Made by a program: the position numbers and the translations under genes. From Octopus sinensis (Eukaryota), in NCBI RefSeq assembly GCF_006345805.1, contig NC_042997.1, positions 81,654,001 through 81,718,000 on the forward strand: a stretch of 64,000 nt of DNA. Reading direction: 5' to 3'. This document shows, in pieces, positions 14,190-24,400 of this stretch; the first letter of the stretch is position 1; each line of letters opens with the position of its first letter. The notes under the pieces are model-generated. The model saw nothing but the letters and a program-made list of their open reading frames with translations, searched no databases and was not told the DNA's origin.

Positions 14190-15130
14190 ATAGGAAAAAT
14201 TTGATCATCTGCACAGCATCATTCTGGAAGAAGTTTAGGCTCATGTTCATTCACAAATGCAGCCAAGTATGTGATGTCATAATTTGTCTCTCTTGCTATG
14301 TCTCTTGAAGTTAAATCACTAATTTGACGGTTTGTTTTTGGCAGTCCAGAGCCAGACTCTTGCAAATTTTTGCCTCCCAAATCTTGATCCTCAATTTCAA
14401 TCAGTGATTGGTTAAAAATTGTTTCAGTAAACTGAATATTGATATCTGGGTTTGCCTGTTGAACTGCATACTTTAAGTTCTCAGCCATGTCCTCATGATG
14501 TTTCATCTAAAGCTGTAGGGGACTGCCAAGTTGACACATGTTCAGTATAATTGCAAAAAGGTTGGATAATTTGATACTGATGCTTCAGTTAATGCAAGGT
14601 CCCAATGCTCATCATTTAAAAAAAAAACCTTGTTGATAGCATGACCATTTACCCTCCTCGAATCTTGGAATGATTTGGGACCGCGTACTTCATGCAAAAG
14701 GAGCCGCAAAGTAGTAGGATTGGAGGACACTGCAAACTCTTGCAAGAGCGTCCTCTCGTTTCCTCTTATGTCATTTATTGTTTCTCTGGGTGTAATACTT
14801 GGGTAATTGTGGGTAAAGGAGTTTTCTTCCATCTTCATCTAGTTGACACAAATTTAAAAAGGCAGCAAGAATAGTTTCTTTTGCAGAAAGTGTTGCAAGG
14901 CTGTTTGTTTTGTAAAGATAACCCTATGGCCATTCTCTAGATCAGCGTTTTTTAAGCGGGTTTCTGCAAAAGGTTCCTAGGGGTTCCCCGAAAAAGAGTG
15001 AGATAAACTACTGCTAATTTCATGATCGTAATATTACAATACATGCACAACATGTTATTGGTTATTGTAATATTGTAATATTGACATCATCCCATTCAAC
15101 CTATTATGTTATCAAAATAAATTTACAACA

Positions 15131-15183
<53 letters not shown>

Positions 15184-15749
15184 ATATATATATATTATAT
15201 ATATATTTATGATATCTACCATGTGAACTACGATGAAAAAATGAGAAATATATGGTATATAATTTTTTTGGGAGTAGGGTTTCTTTGAGACGTAATTTAT
15301 TTTAAAGGTTATGCTAAGGTAAAAAGGCCGAGAAACACTGCTGTAGATGGACACTCAGATAAAATTGAAGATGCGCCAAAAAATCTCATTGGTACTGATG
15401 TATCTTCCTCTGTCATACTGTGCATTCTCGTCGTTTTTAGTTATCCGCTGACTGCCATTCTGCATAACAGTGTATGTTGCAGCAAATAAACCTTTGTTTA
15501 TATATTTGCAAACATACATACTAGAGTTAACAGAATTGCAAAATTCACATTGATTCTGGTTACCTGTGCTCGTCTTTGCTTCACTGTAGAATACTGATCA
15601 TCTACATCTGTCCCGACGCCTCTTGGAGAGAGTGAGAACATCGTTCTTGGAAACTTTTTCGAAAATTAAAACGGGCATTAAATGAAAAAATGAGTTGTTA
15701 TTATCTTCACAAGAGTGATTGAACTAAATGGCGATTGGGGAACGTCCCC

Positions 15750-15832
<83 letters not shown>

Positions 15833-15847
15833 GCACACACACACTCA

Positions 15848-15882
<35 letters not shown>

Positions 15883-16179
15883 AAACGTCAGATGAAATAG
15901 ACGTGTGTGTGAGGGAGAGGGAGAGAAGGAATGTGTTGTCATGTATACATACAAACATAAATAAATATACATACATCCTTTTTGTATGTATATGTGCGTC
16001 TGTGTGTGAGAGTGAGAAAGAGAGACAGAGAGAGTATCATGTAGACACCACTCTCTCTCTGTCTCACAAACACGCACAAATACATACAAAAAGATGTATG
16101 CATATGTATTTATGTATGTATGTATGTATGTATGTATGTATGTATGTATGTATACATGGCAGCACCCCTTGACTGACTT

Positions 16180-16214
<35 letters not shown>

Positions 16215-16715
16215 AACACATTTACATATATAAATGTATACAAACGTACGTGTGTGACTGACTTGTGTGTATGTGTGTGAGAATGAGAAAACATTGCAAA
16301 CAATGAATGAAATAAGCATGAAATGAAAAAATCGTAATAAATAAAAGCTCATTAAAAACTATCTTGTAGCGAATATTTAAAGTTGTGAACTTAGAAAATA
16401 TTTCTTTCAGTAATTTATCGTAGTTGTTTGCAAATAGCGAATTAAAACTTGAAATGAAAACATTATAATAGAGAGTGAAGGTTATTGCAAATTAAAACGG
16501 AAAATTTCGCCGTTGCTACGTCAATACCGGAAGCTGACATTGAGAAACCGTTTTAAAGAAGTGCATAGAAAGCAATATTTTTTATTTTTAATAAGTAAGA
16601 AAATAAACTGAAGATCCTATTATGTATCCGAGGTCAAATTATTCATGCATCCCAAGTATGGAGGCAATTCGCGTGAAAAGCGAACACACACACAGATCTA
16701 TTTTATATAAGAAGA
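13972..16715 (-). mobile_element. Second internally deleted Helitron
   Basis: Minus strand starts A|TCTTCTTATATAAAA and ends with a decayed hairpin plus CTAG|T. RepHel remnants: YVCKYINKG and GRYISTNEIFWRIF (~15370-15555), LRLLLHEVRGPKSF (14542-14838), EDMAENL (14219-14506). Confidence 0.85.
14943..15340. mobile_element. hAT (Charlie-like) MITE nested in Helitron
   Basis: Termini CAGCGTTTTT / AGAAACACTG with an 8-bp TSD CTCTAGAT / CTGTAGAT (one mismatch). Confidence 0.8.
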
Positions 16716-16986
16716 TAGACACACACACATAAATATATATATGTGTGTATGTATGTGTATATGTATGTGTATACACACACACACAGCTCTAAAATCACTA
16801 TACGGATGCAAGTCGTAACTCTACAGAAAAATAATGGTTGTTACACTCTCAATGTGGTTGTTCCATACAGAACACTGTTACTACTCTTTTTAACCCGAGG
16901 AAGGCACCTCCTCCAGCTGGTTAACGACACACTGTATATGTTATATTGCAAACAAGGGAAACACCTCCCATCCAACAATGACAGAA

Positions 16987-17032
16987 CTAGTAGACCAGCT
17001 TGTTTCAGGGTCTTACCCTTCTTCAGTACTGG
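16987..17032 (-). ncRNA. Minimal type I hammerhead ribozyme
   Basis: Minus strand reads ccagta CTGAAGA aggg taaga ccct GAAA c aagctg GTC tactag. It has a canonical core, stem II AGGG/CCCT, a near-palindromic stem III loop, a GUC cleavage triplet and stem I with one mismatch. Confidence 0.75.
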
Positions 17033-17311
17033 TACACTTGTCTGCTAGACATGGCAGTTATCCGTCCCAGTACATAATATATAAATAAATAAGCGACATT
17101 CAGCCACTGATCATGCAACAAGCAAAGTAGCTAGTTCTAAAATCTTTATAAGAGATGTAAGAAGTAATTCTACTGAAAAACGTGGTTGTTCCGTACAAAA
17201 CACTGTTACTATTTTTGTTAACCCCAAGAGGACATCTCCTCCAGTAGGTTAACGATACATATATTTTGCGAACTGGGACGAACGACTGCCATATCTAGCA
17301 GGCAGGTATAG

Positions 17312-17357
17312 CCAGTACCGAGAAAGGGTAATTCCCCGAAACCAGGTGGTCTATTGG
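17312..17357 (+). ncRNA. Degenerate type I hammerhead ribozyme (paralogue of 16987-17032)
   Basis: ccagta CCGAGAA aggg taatt cccc GAAA c caggtg GTC tattgg. Stems are retained but the CUGANGA box is mutated. Confidence 0.55.
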
Positions 17358-17521
17358 TTCCTGTCAAAGCTGAATGGGAGTTGTTCACTCACTTGTTTGC
17401 AATAGAACGGACACAGATAGTGTGTCGTTAATCAACGGGAGGAGATGTCCTCTTGGGGTTAAAAAAAGTAGTAACAATGTTCTGTACGGAACACCCACGT
17501 TGAGGAGGTAATAACCATTAC

Positions 17522-17583
<62 letters not shown>

Positions 17584-17599
17584 CGTTTGTAGAAAACAA

Positions 17600-18815
17600 A
17601 TCTGGCCCGAAAATTTCCGATTCTCCATGGTTCGAGTGAGTCTTTTAGGATTCTCGCGCGTTCAGCTATGCATAGCTTCCAACGCTTTGTCCTGTTGATG
17701 TAGGGGCCTGGGTTTTTGAGGATTTTCCATGAGGTCGAGTATGGGATCCCATCGTACCTAGTTGCCAGACGTGACTGGCCAGCGATGCTACGTATCCCCT
17801 TCCGAAACTCTGAAGGAGGACCTATGGTTGGAGAAACGTTACTTGAGAGAATTCCCAGTACATCCAGTGTACTTGCGTGGGCGCATGTTGTCGGTGCTGC
17901 ACCTGCTGCTGTTGTCACCGATGGTTTTGTTGCTGGGGCTGGAGCTGCTGGTGTTGGCGTCGGTAAAGTTATCGTTCCTGCGCGTGTTGTCGGTGCTGCA
18001 CCTGTTGTTGTTATTACTGCCGTTGTTGCTGCTGCTGTCGAGGATATTGTTGTTGAAACCGGGGCTGCTGGTATTGGCGATGCTGAAGGTGGTGATAGTA
18101 TCGCTAATGCTATCGCCATTGCCGGTTATGGAGAAGGCGTCATAGTGTCTAGCCACGGCCATATCGATCTGGTCGGCGAAACACTAAAAGAATACGAAGC
18201 GGTAACGGGAGCGAAAATTAACCGGGAATAGTCAGTGGGCTTGCGGCTTGGCACCTGGAGAAGCGAGCCCATGCCGTCCAACAGCCTCACCGTCGTGGGG
18301 CGCTGGACCGACAGACGGGGACGGGTTAAATTACTTGGGGTCTGGTTCGGCTCGGACCTCCAAATGGAGGAGAAGAACTGGAACGAGATAACGAGTAGGG
18401 TGGCCACTCTCACGCAGCAATGGGCCGAGAGGTAGCTATCCCTAAAAGGTCGAGCGGAGGAGGCGAACGTATACATCGCGTCCATCATCTACTACCGCTT
18501 GACCGTTGTGCCTTGTCCCGACCCTACCATCATCAAACTGGAACGCATCCTCTTTCGCTTCTTGTAGAAAGGAGGCGTTCCGATGGTCAGGCGATGTTTG
18601 CTGCCAACACCCGCTAAAAGGAGGGCTGGGCATGCCGTAGTTAATGATGCGTAGACATGCGCTGAGACTGCGACATCTCCGGCGCTTCATAGACGACAGT
18701 GAACAGGTGTGGTTACTGTTTTTGGGGCGCGCTTTCCCGCAGCTCGTCTCTTTGACCGAACTGCAATCGTGGATCAAAAAGAGGCCGAGGAAGGGCGAAT
18801 GGCACGTGTCGCGTT
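17600..18815 (+). mobile_element. Tx1/L1-clade LINE remnant with large internal deletion
   Basis: An ORF1-like low-complexity segment runs into RT C-terminus: LKEYEAVTGAKINRE*S, VKLLGVWFG, NWNEITSRV, W..R*LSLKGRA, GGLGMP. Multiple stops. Confidence 0.75.
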
Positions 18816-19040
18816 ACCCTCAAGCAACTCATGAGCACAGTCTAATGACTGAAACAAGTAAAAGATAAGAGATTAAGGTGTACCAGCCATCTGAATGTGG
18901 CTAGCCACTGGGGGTGGGGTGTTACTGATGCTTTTAGCCCCAGGCGATCAACGTCACCAGATGTACTTTAGACACAACATTTCAGTGCCCTTGTGTTATT
19001 TGCAAAGGGAGGTAATCCTCCCTCGAAAACCTAAGTGCTA

Positions 19041-19085
19041 CATACGGACTATAGTTTCAAGGTAATTGCCTCTTGTCAACGCATG
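19041..19085 (-). ncRNA. Minimal type I hammerhead ribozyme, U3-A8 core variant
   Basis: Minus strand reads catgcg TTGACAA gagg caatta cctt GAAA c tata GTC cgtatg. Stem I is 6 bp, stem II 4 bp, and stem III is the palindrome ACTATAGT. Confidence 0.7.
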
Positions 19086-19560
19086 GTAAACACCGGAAGG
19101 AGACCCTTGCAAATAATAATATTTAACGTTTTTCACAGCAACCACTGTCACTGATTTAGAAAAACTGTCTGAAAGCATTAATAAATCTCTGAACGAGATA
19201 TAAACAGTAACCGCTCGACAACGTAAGGTGTACTAGCCATCTGAATGTGGCTAGCCACTGGGGGTGGGGTGTTACTGATGCTTTTAGCCCCAGGCGATGC
19301 ACTGAAATGTTGTGTCTAAAGTCCATCTGGTTACGTTGATCGCCTGGGGCTAAAAGCATCAGTAACACCCCACCCCAGTGGCTAGCCACATTCAGATGGC
19401 TAGTACACCTTACGTTGTCGAGCGGTTACTGTTTATATCTCGTTCAGAGATTTATTAATGCTTTCAGACAGTTTTTCTAAATCAGTGACAGTGGTTGCTG
19501 TGAAAAACGTTAAATATTATTATTTGCAAGGGGTCTCCTTCATTGAAAACCGGTGTTTAC

Positions 19561-19605
19561 CATGCGTTGACGAGAGGCAATTACCTTGAAACTATAGTCC
19601 GTATG
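19561..19605 (+). ncRNA. Minimal type I hammerhead ribozyme, U3-G8 core variant
   Basis: catgcg TTGACGA gagg caatta cctt GAAA c tata GTC cgtatg. Confidence 0.7.
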
Positions 19606-19819
19606 TAGCACTTAGGTTTTCGAGGGAGGATTACCTCCCTTTGCAAATAACACAAGGGTACTGAAATGTTGTGTCTAAAGTCCATCTGGTGACGTTGATC
19701 GCCTGGGGCTAAAAACATCAGTAACACCCCACCCCAGTGGCTAGCCACATTCAGATGGCTAGTACAACTTACGTTGTCGAGCGGTTACTGTTTATATCTC
19801 GTTCAGAGATTTATTAATG

Positions 19820-19898
<79 letters not shown>

Positions 19899-20302
19899 AT
19901 GTGTAGTTTGGGTTCTAATGGGAAAGACAACCAAATGAAAACCATTGTTATTGTTTACGTATTTATTTTCATTATTTGATACACGGACGACTACATTACA
20001 GCGTAGTAATACATTATATACTTTACACACAGTTTTTACTATTCACTACAAAATAGTGCCAAGAGTGGGGATGCACGTATACACAGATATGAATGTGTAA
20101 CATCCCTTCTTCTTGAAAAAAATATAAAGGGGTCTTTTGGCAGTGAAGACAATTATGAGTAGTCTCCCTTGCTCCATGGATTGTAGTCTAGCTGAATTAG
20201 ATACTTTTCTTTTCTTTAACGGTATCGAACTGGTGGCAGAATGTTCTTTCTCCGTCTGGTGGATCTTGTGCTTCGCACCGGTGTCTGAGGTGTGTTTTTG
20301 GG

Positions 20303-21943
20303 CTACTGATATGTGGTTGGTACACGTTGGGGTGATGATTCTGTGGGTGGTGTCACCAATGCAGCAGGTGTTGTACACGTTTTCCTCGACAGCTTTGGTG
20401 TTGGGCGGATGTGGGCCCTGTTGCGTCTCAGCTGCCTACCAGATTCTGTTTCTATTATATATGATCTTGGAGTTTCAGCTCTACTGACAACCTGTGCTGG
20501 GATCCATGTTTTAGTTATGGGATCTTGAGTATGCACATGTTGTCCTCCAAGCATCTCAGGTAAATATTGTGCATGTTTGTTGTAATACCTCTGTGATTGT
20601 TCTTGAGTGGCTGCTAGCTTTGCCCTTGTCTCTTCCTGGTCAATAGGAAGTTGGATCTTAGTTGGCAGGGTAGTTTTATACTTCCTGCCATTCAGCAATT
20701 CTGCTGGGGATTTCATATCAGCTCTCAGTGGTGTCTCTCGTAGGGACAGAAGTGCCAGGTGTGGGTCTTCCTTAGTCTCTCGGCATTTGACTAGTGTTCT
20801 CTTCACTGTCTGCACCTGTCTTTCTATAAACCCATGACCTTTGGGGTAGTGTGGAGATGAAGTTGTAATATTGAACCCATACTCTTCGGCTAGCTTTTTG
20901 AATTCTTGTGACGTGAACTGGGTTCCATTGTCACATATGATCTGCTCTGGTATTCCTTGCTCTGCTAGGAGTCCTCGGGCCACTGTAGTGATTGTTTTGG
21001 CTGTCAGGTCTTTCACTTTTCTCACAAATGGAAATTTGGAGTAGTAGCAGGCCATTATTAAATACCATTCTTGGCCTTCTGTGAATAGATCTACTCCAAT
21101 AGTTTGCCATGGCCTTCTTGGGATGTCACTAGATATCATTTCCTCCTTTTGTTGTGAGGTTTTGTACTTTTGGCAGATGCGGCATGTAGAAACTGTCTTT
21201 TCTATGTCTTTGTACATGCGCTTATTGGTTGTCACATTTACAATGTGGTGGACCTTTCTGCTTAGTCCTTCCATCTCCTTTTTGTTTGTGATTAGTGGTC
21301 GGTCTTTGATAGGCATATCACTGTCAATCCTGCTTGGAGCTGCTTTCACTTCAGCATTGACCGACACAATATTTAACCTCCTGCAGGTATCGAGTCCAAG
21401 AATTGCTGGGCCTTCTGTTCTTGTGACATAAAATGTACACTCGACTGTTTTCCCTTTGTGTGTCCCCCTAATCGTTGTTTTCCCCAGTTGTGGAATCCTG
21501 GTGCCTCCGTACGCAGTGAGGACCACATCACTTGGTGTGAGGATTCCTTTCCTGACCCTATCCTCTTCTGTCATATTTTCTGGGAACATCTTCTTGTATA
21601 AGCTGACAGGCAAGATATCACTCTGGGCCCCAGTGTCTATCTTGAGCCTTAAGTCAATGTTTGTTCTTTTCCTTTCGGGCTTCTTTTGAATTCTTATTGT
21701 CGTGTATGCCTCATCTTCTTTCTTCCGGTCGTCCTTTCCCATCTCATGCACATTTATTATGCCGATTGCCAAGAATTCCTCCTCTGAGGTGCTTTGTTCC
21801 TGTTGTTGTGCATGTATATCTCTTCTATTTCTGCTCCTCTTTGAAAATTGGGGCTTGTATCTCTGGGATTTCGTTATCCTACAAATTTTTCCCAGTGGTT
21901 CAGTTTTCCACATCCTTTGCAGTGTGTACCGAATGCAGGACAT
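20303..21943 (-). CDS. Retrotransposon protease-integrase ORF (no RT/RNaseH)
   Basis: Protease LKIDTGAQ, then CRICQ, RPWQTIGVDLF, CDNGTQF, SSPHYPKGHGFIERQVQTVK and RSYIIETESGRQLRRNR. Confidence 0.85.
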   Translation of the reverse strand: MSCIRYTLQRMWKTEPLGKICRITKSQRYKPQFSKRSRNRRDIHAQQQEQSTSEEEFLAIGIINVHEMGKDDRKKEDEAYTTIRIQKKPERKRTNIDLRLKIDTGAQSDILPVSLYKKMFPENMTEEDRVRKGILTPSDVVLTAYGGTRIPQLGKTTIRGTHKGKTVECTFYVTRTEGPAILGLDTCRRLNIVSVNAEVKAAPSRIDSDMPIKDRPLITNKKEMEGLSRKVHHIVNVTTNKRMYKDIEKTVSTCRICQKYKTSQQKEEMISSDIPRRPWQTIGVDLFTEGQEWYLIMACYYSKFPFVRKVKDLTAKTITTVARGLLAEQGIPEQIICDNGTQFTSQEFKKLAEEYGFNITTSSPHYPKGHGFIERQVQTVKRTLVKCRETKEDPHLALLSLRETPLRADMKSPAELLNGRKYKTTLPTKIQLPIDQEETRAKLAATQEQSQRYYNKHAQYLPEMLGGQHVHTQDPITKTWIPAQVVSRAETPRSYIIETESGRQLRRNRAHIRPTPKLSRKTCTTPAALVTPPTESSPQRVPTTYQ

Positions 21944-22610
21944 TTTTTCCGGTTATTAAATTCATGCTCTGTACCACAGTACTGGCATGTTCTTTGCTTG
22001 TGGGTATGTGTCCTGTTCCTGGATACAACAGCTACACTGCTACCCAGTGAGCTTGTTTGTAAGCTAAGTGAGGCCATCTGTTTGGTAGTGGCTTCGTATG
22101 CTCTTGCAGTGTCTACTGCTTCTACCAACTGGAGAGCGTCCTTACCTATTAGTGATTTTTGCACTTCTTTGTGGGCACACCCCCATATTAATTGGTCTAC
22201 AATTCTCTCCTCCCTGTCTTTGAATTTGCATTTCTCTGCAACATTTTTCAGTCTTGACAGGAAATTGTCAATTGTTTCTTGTGGGTCTTGTTTCAGGCCC
22301 TGGAATTCGTATCTGTGAATTCTATGGTTCGACCTGGGCTGTAGGTGCCTTTCAAATTTCTCAAGAAGTGTATCTGGGTTATTGCAGTCGGACTCTAACA
22401 TATCCCAGCTATTGTATAGGTCTATTCCTTTATTACCTGACCATAAAAAGATATAGCTTACCTTTTCATCGTCAGTTGTGCCTTTCAGGAAACTTTTGAA
22501 AGCTAGTTGAGCTTTTTGTTTGAATTTTTTAAAATTCTTCTACGACATCACTAGAATCCCAGTTCATAATAGGATGTAGATTCATCTGTACGGCGACGGG
22601 GGTCGCCATC
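21874..22610 (-). pseudogene. Frameshifted gag of the Gypsy element
   Basis: QDPQETIDNFLSRLKNVAEKCKF and tandem zinc knuckles CQYCGTEH...CPAFGTHCKGCGKLNH. Frame is broken at both ends. Confidence 0.8.
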
Positions 22611-22979
22611 TTGGATTCGTTGTTTATGTTGTCCGAAGGCGTAGCGATGTTTTGTTTGTTAATTTCCTCGTTCGCTGTGTTTTAGATTTGTTATAAAGGC
22701 ACAGTTTCCGTTTCTTTATTTACCGCTGCCACCATGTTATGTGTAGTTTGGGTTCTAATGGGAAAGACAACCAAATGAAAACCATTGTTATATTTACGTG
22801 TTTTATTTTCATTACTTGATACACGGACGACTACATTACAGCGTAGTAATACATTATATACTTTACACACAGTTTGTACTATTCACTACAAAATAGTGCC
22901 AAGAGTGGGGATGCACGTATACACAGATATGAATGTGTAACATATATATATACACACACACATACATGCATACATAACC

Positions 22980-23015
<36 letters not shown>

Positions 23016-23936
23016 GGAAAAAAGAAAGAGGCAGAAGCGTCGGTGAAAGGTGAGAAGTTTCTACAGCGTGCTTATTGCGTAAATATAAGATTTTTTTGAC
23101 TCGATGAGCGTGAGAAATACAAATAAGTTTTCATATCAGATGCAAAGCTAACTATTAAGATTATTTAATTGATAATAATTTCCCTTCGACAATATTTTTT
23201 CAAATAGCCAGAAAAAAAAAAAAATCCGTTTGTGGTTTATTATTCGTATTAATATTATTTGACATTTCATCCGTCTTATCGTTCTGAGTTCAAATTCCGC
23301 CGAGCCTGACTTTGCTTTCCATTCTTTCGATGCCGATAAAATAAATACTAGCTGAACACTTCCCCCTACTTCTAAATTGGTATTATTGTGCCGAAATTTG
23401 AAAAGAATATTGAAGACATTTAGTGATTTGCGGCAAAAGGCAAAATGCAAAAAGCAGAGTGGGATAAGTTGCCAAAGCAGAACAAGAGGAGATACGTGGC
23501 ATAGGGAGTCGGTGAAGAGGACACGGGATTTGTGACGAAAGAATTTTGACAAAAAAAAAAAAGAAAAAGAAAAAACAACTAAAATGTTAATAATAAAGCT
23601 GAAGCGAAGACCAAATATATAGTGCGTGTGTTTAATTGGAGAAATATGACCATCTCAAGTATTACAAAATTTAGTTGTTTTTGCTTTTCAAAGATCTGAG
23701 GTTGATAAATAAGTAGAAGTTATCAACTGAGATGCTCCAAGCAAAAATTGAACAATTCTCTTATATAATGTTGTACCGAAGGATGATAATGCATGTAAGT
23801 TCACATCGGCAGCCTATTGATTCTACCAACAAAACTTCTTTGGCAGAATCGTTTGAGTGTCGAGAAATTGCCTTGCAGCATTTGTTTTGGCTTTTTAAGT
23901 TCCGAGTTCAAATCATACCGAGATCAATTTTGTATG

Positions 23937-24140
23937 GGCGCATGTATGGCTGTGTGGGTGAATAGTTTGCTTTGAGGTCACCTCGTTTCGGATTCAGTCC
24001 CACTGCATGGCAACATTGGGCAAGTGTCTTCTACTATTGCTCCGGGCAGATCAATGCCTTGTGAATGAATTTGATAGAACGAAATTATGTGTGTGTGTGT
24101 GTGAGAGAGAGAGAAAGAGCAAGAGAGAGAGAGAGAGAGA

Positions 24141-24215
<75 letters not shown>

Positions 24216-24400
24216 TCTTTGTGTTTGTGTTTGTTCCCTCACTGCTTGACAATCGGTGTTAGTTTGTCTAACTTAGTGGTTCGGTAAAAGGTTCGCATTG
24301 AATAAATACTGGATTTTATAAAATTTGTTCGACTAATACCCTTCAAGGTGGTACCCCAGCACGACCACAGTCCAATGACTGAAGCAAGTAAAAGATAAAG
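23937..24400 (+). mobile_element. tRNA-derived SINE with internal (GA)n
   Basis: Same head, core and tail as 172-615. Confidence 0.75.

Larger units (their letters stand above)
16785..17520. mobile_element. Hammerhead-containing tandem + inverted repeat (retrozyme/Penelope-like, family B)
   Basis: Unit of ~330-350 bp (GTGGTTGTTCC at 16854 and 17182), then an inverted copy at ~17280-17520 ending at (CA)n. Confidence 0.65.
18874..19821. mobile_element. Hammerhead-containing tandem + inverted repeat (retrozyme/Penelope-like, family A)
   Basis: 350-bp period in 18874-19298 (TAAGGTGTAC at 18874 and 19224). The same unit is inverted in 19299-19821 with a 359-bp period and ends at (TA)n. Confidence 0.75.
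19895..22942 (-). mobile_element. Ty3/Gypsy (Mag-like) LTR retrotransposon, RT/RNaseH deleted
   Basis: 208-bp TG..CA LTRs at 19895-20102 and 22735-22942 with few differences. PBS TGGTGGCAGCGGT is complementary to a tRNA-Leu 3' end. PPT GAAGAAGGGA. Compatible with a 5-bp TATAT TSD inside (TA)n. Confidence 0.95.

Noticed and set aside
17385-18119. 244-aa Thr/Ala/Pro-rich mucin-like ORF on the minus strand
   Set aside because: It is the antisense of a low-complexity part of the Tx1-like LINE remnant and runs into (TG)n.
19000-19040. Second, opposite-polarity hammerhead around hairpin GGGAGG-TAAT-CCTCCC + GAAAAC
   Set aside because: The upstream box TTGCAAA does not fit the core, and no convincing stem I/III or NUH site is present.
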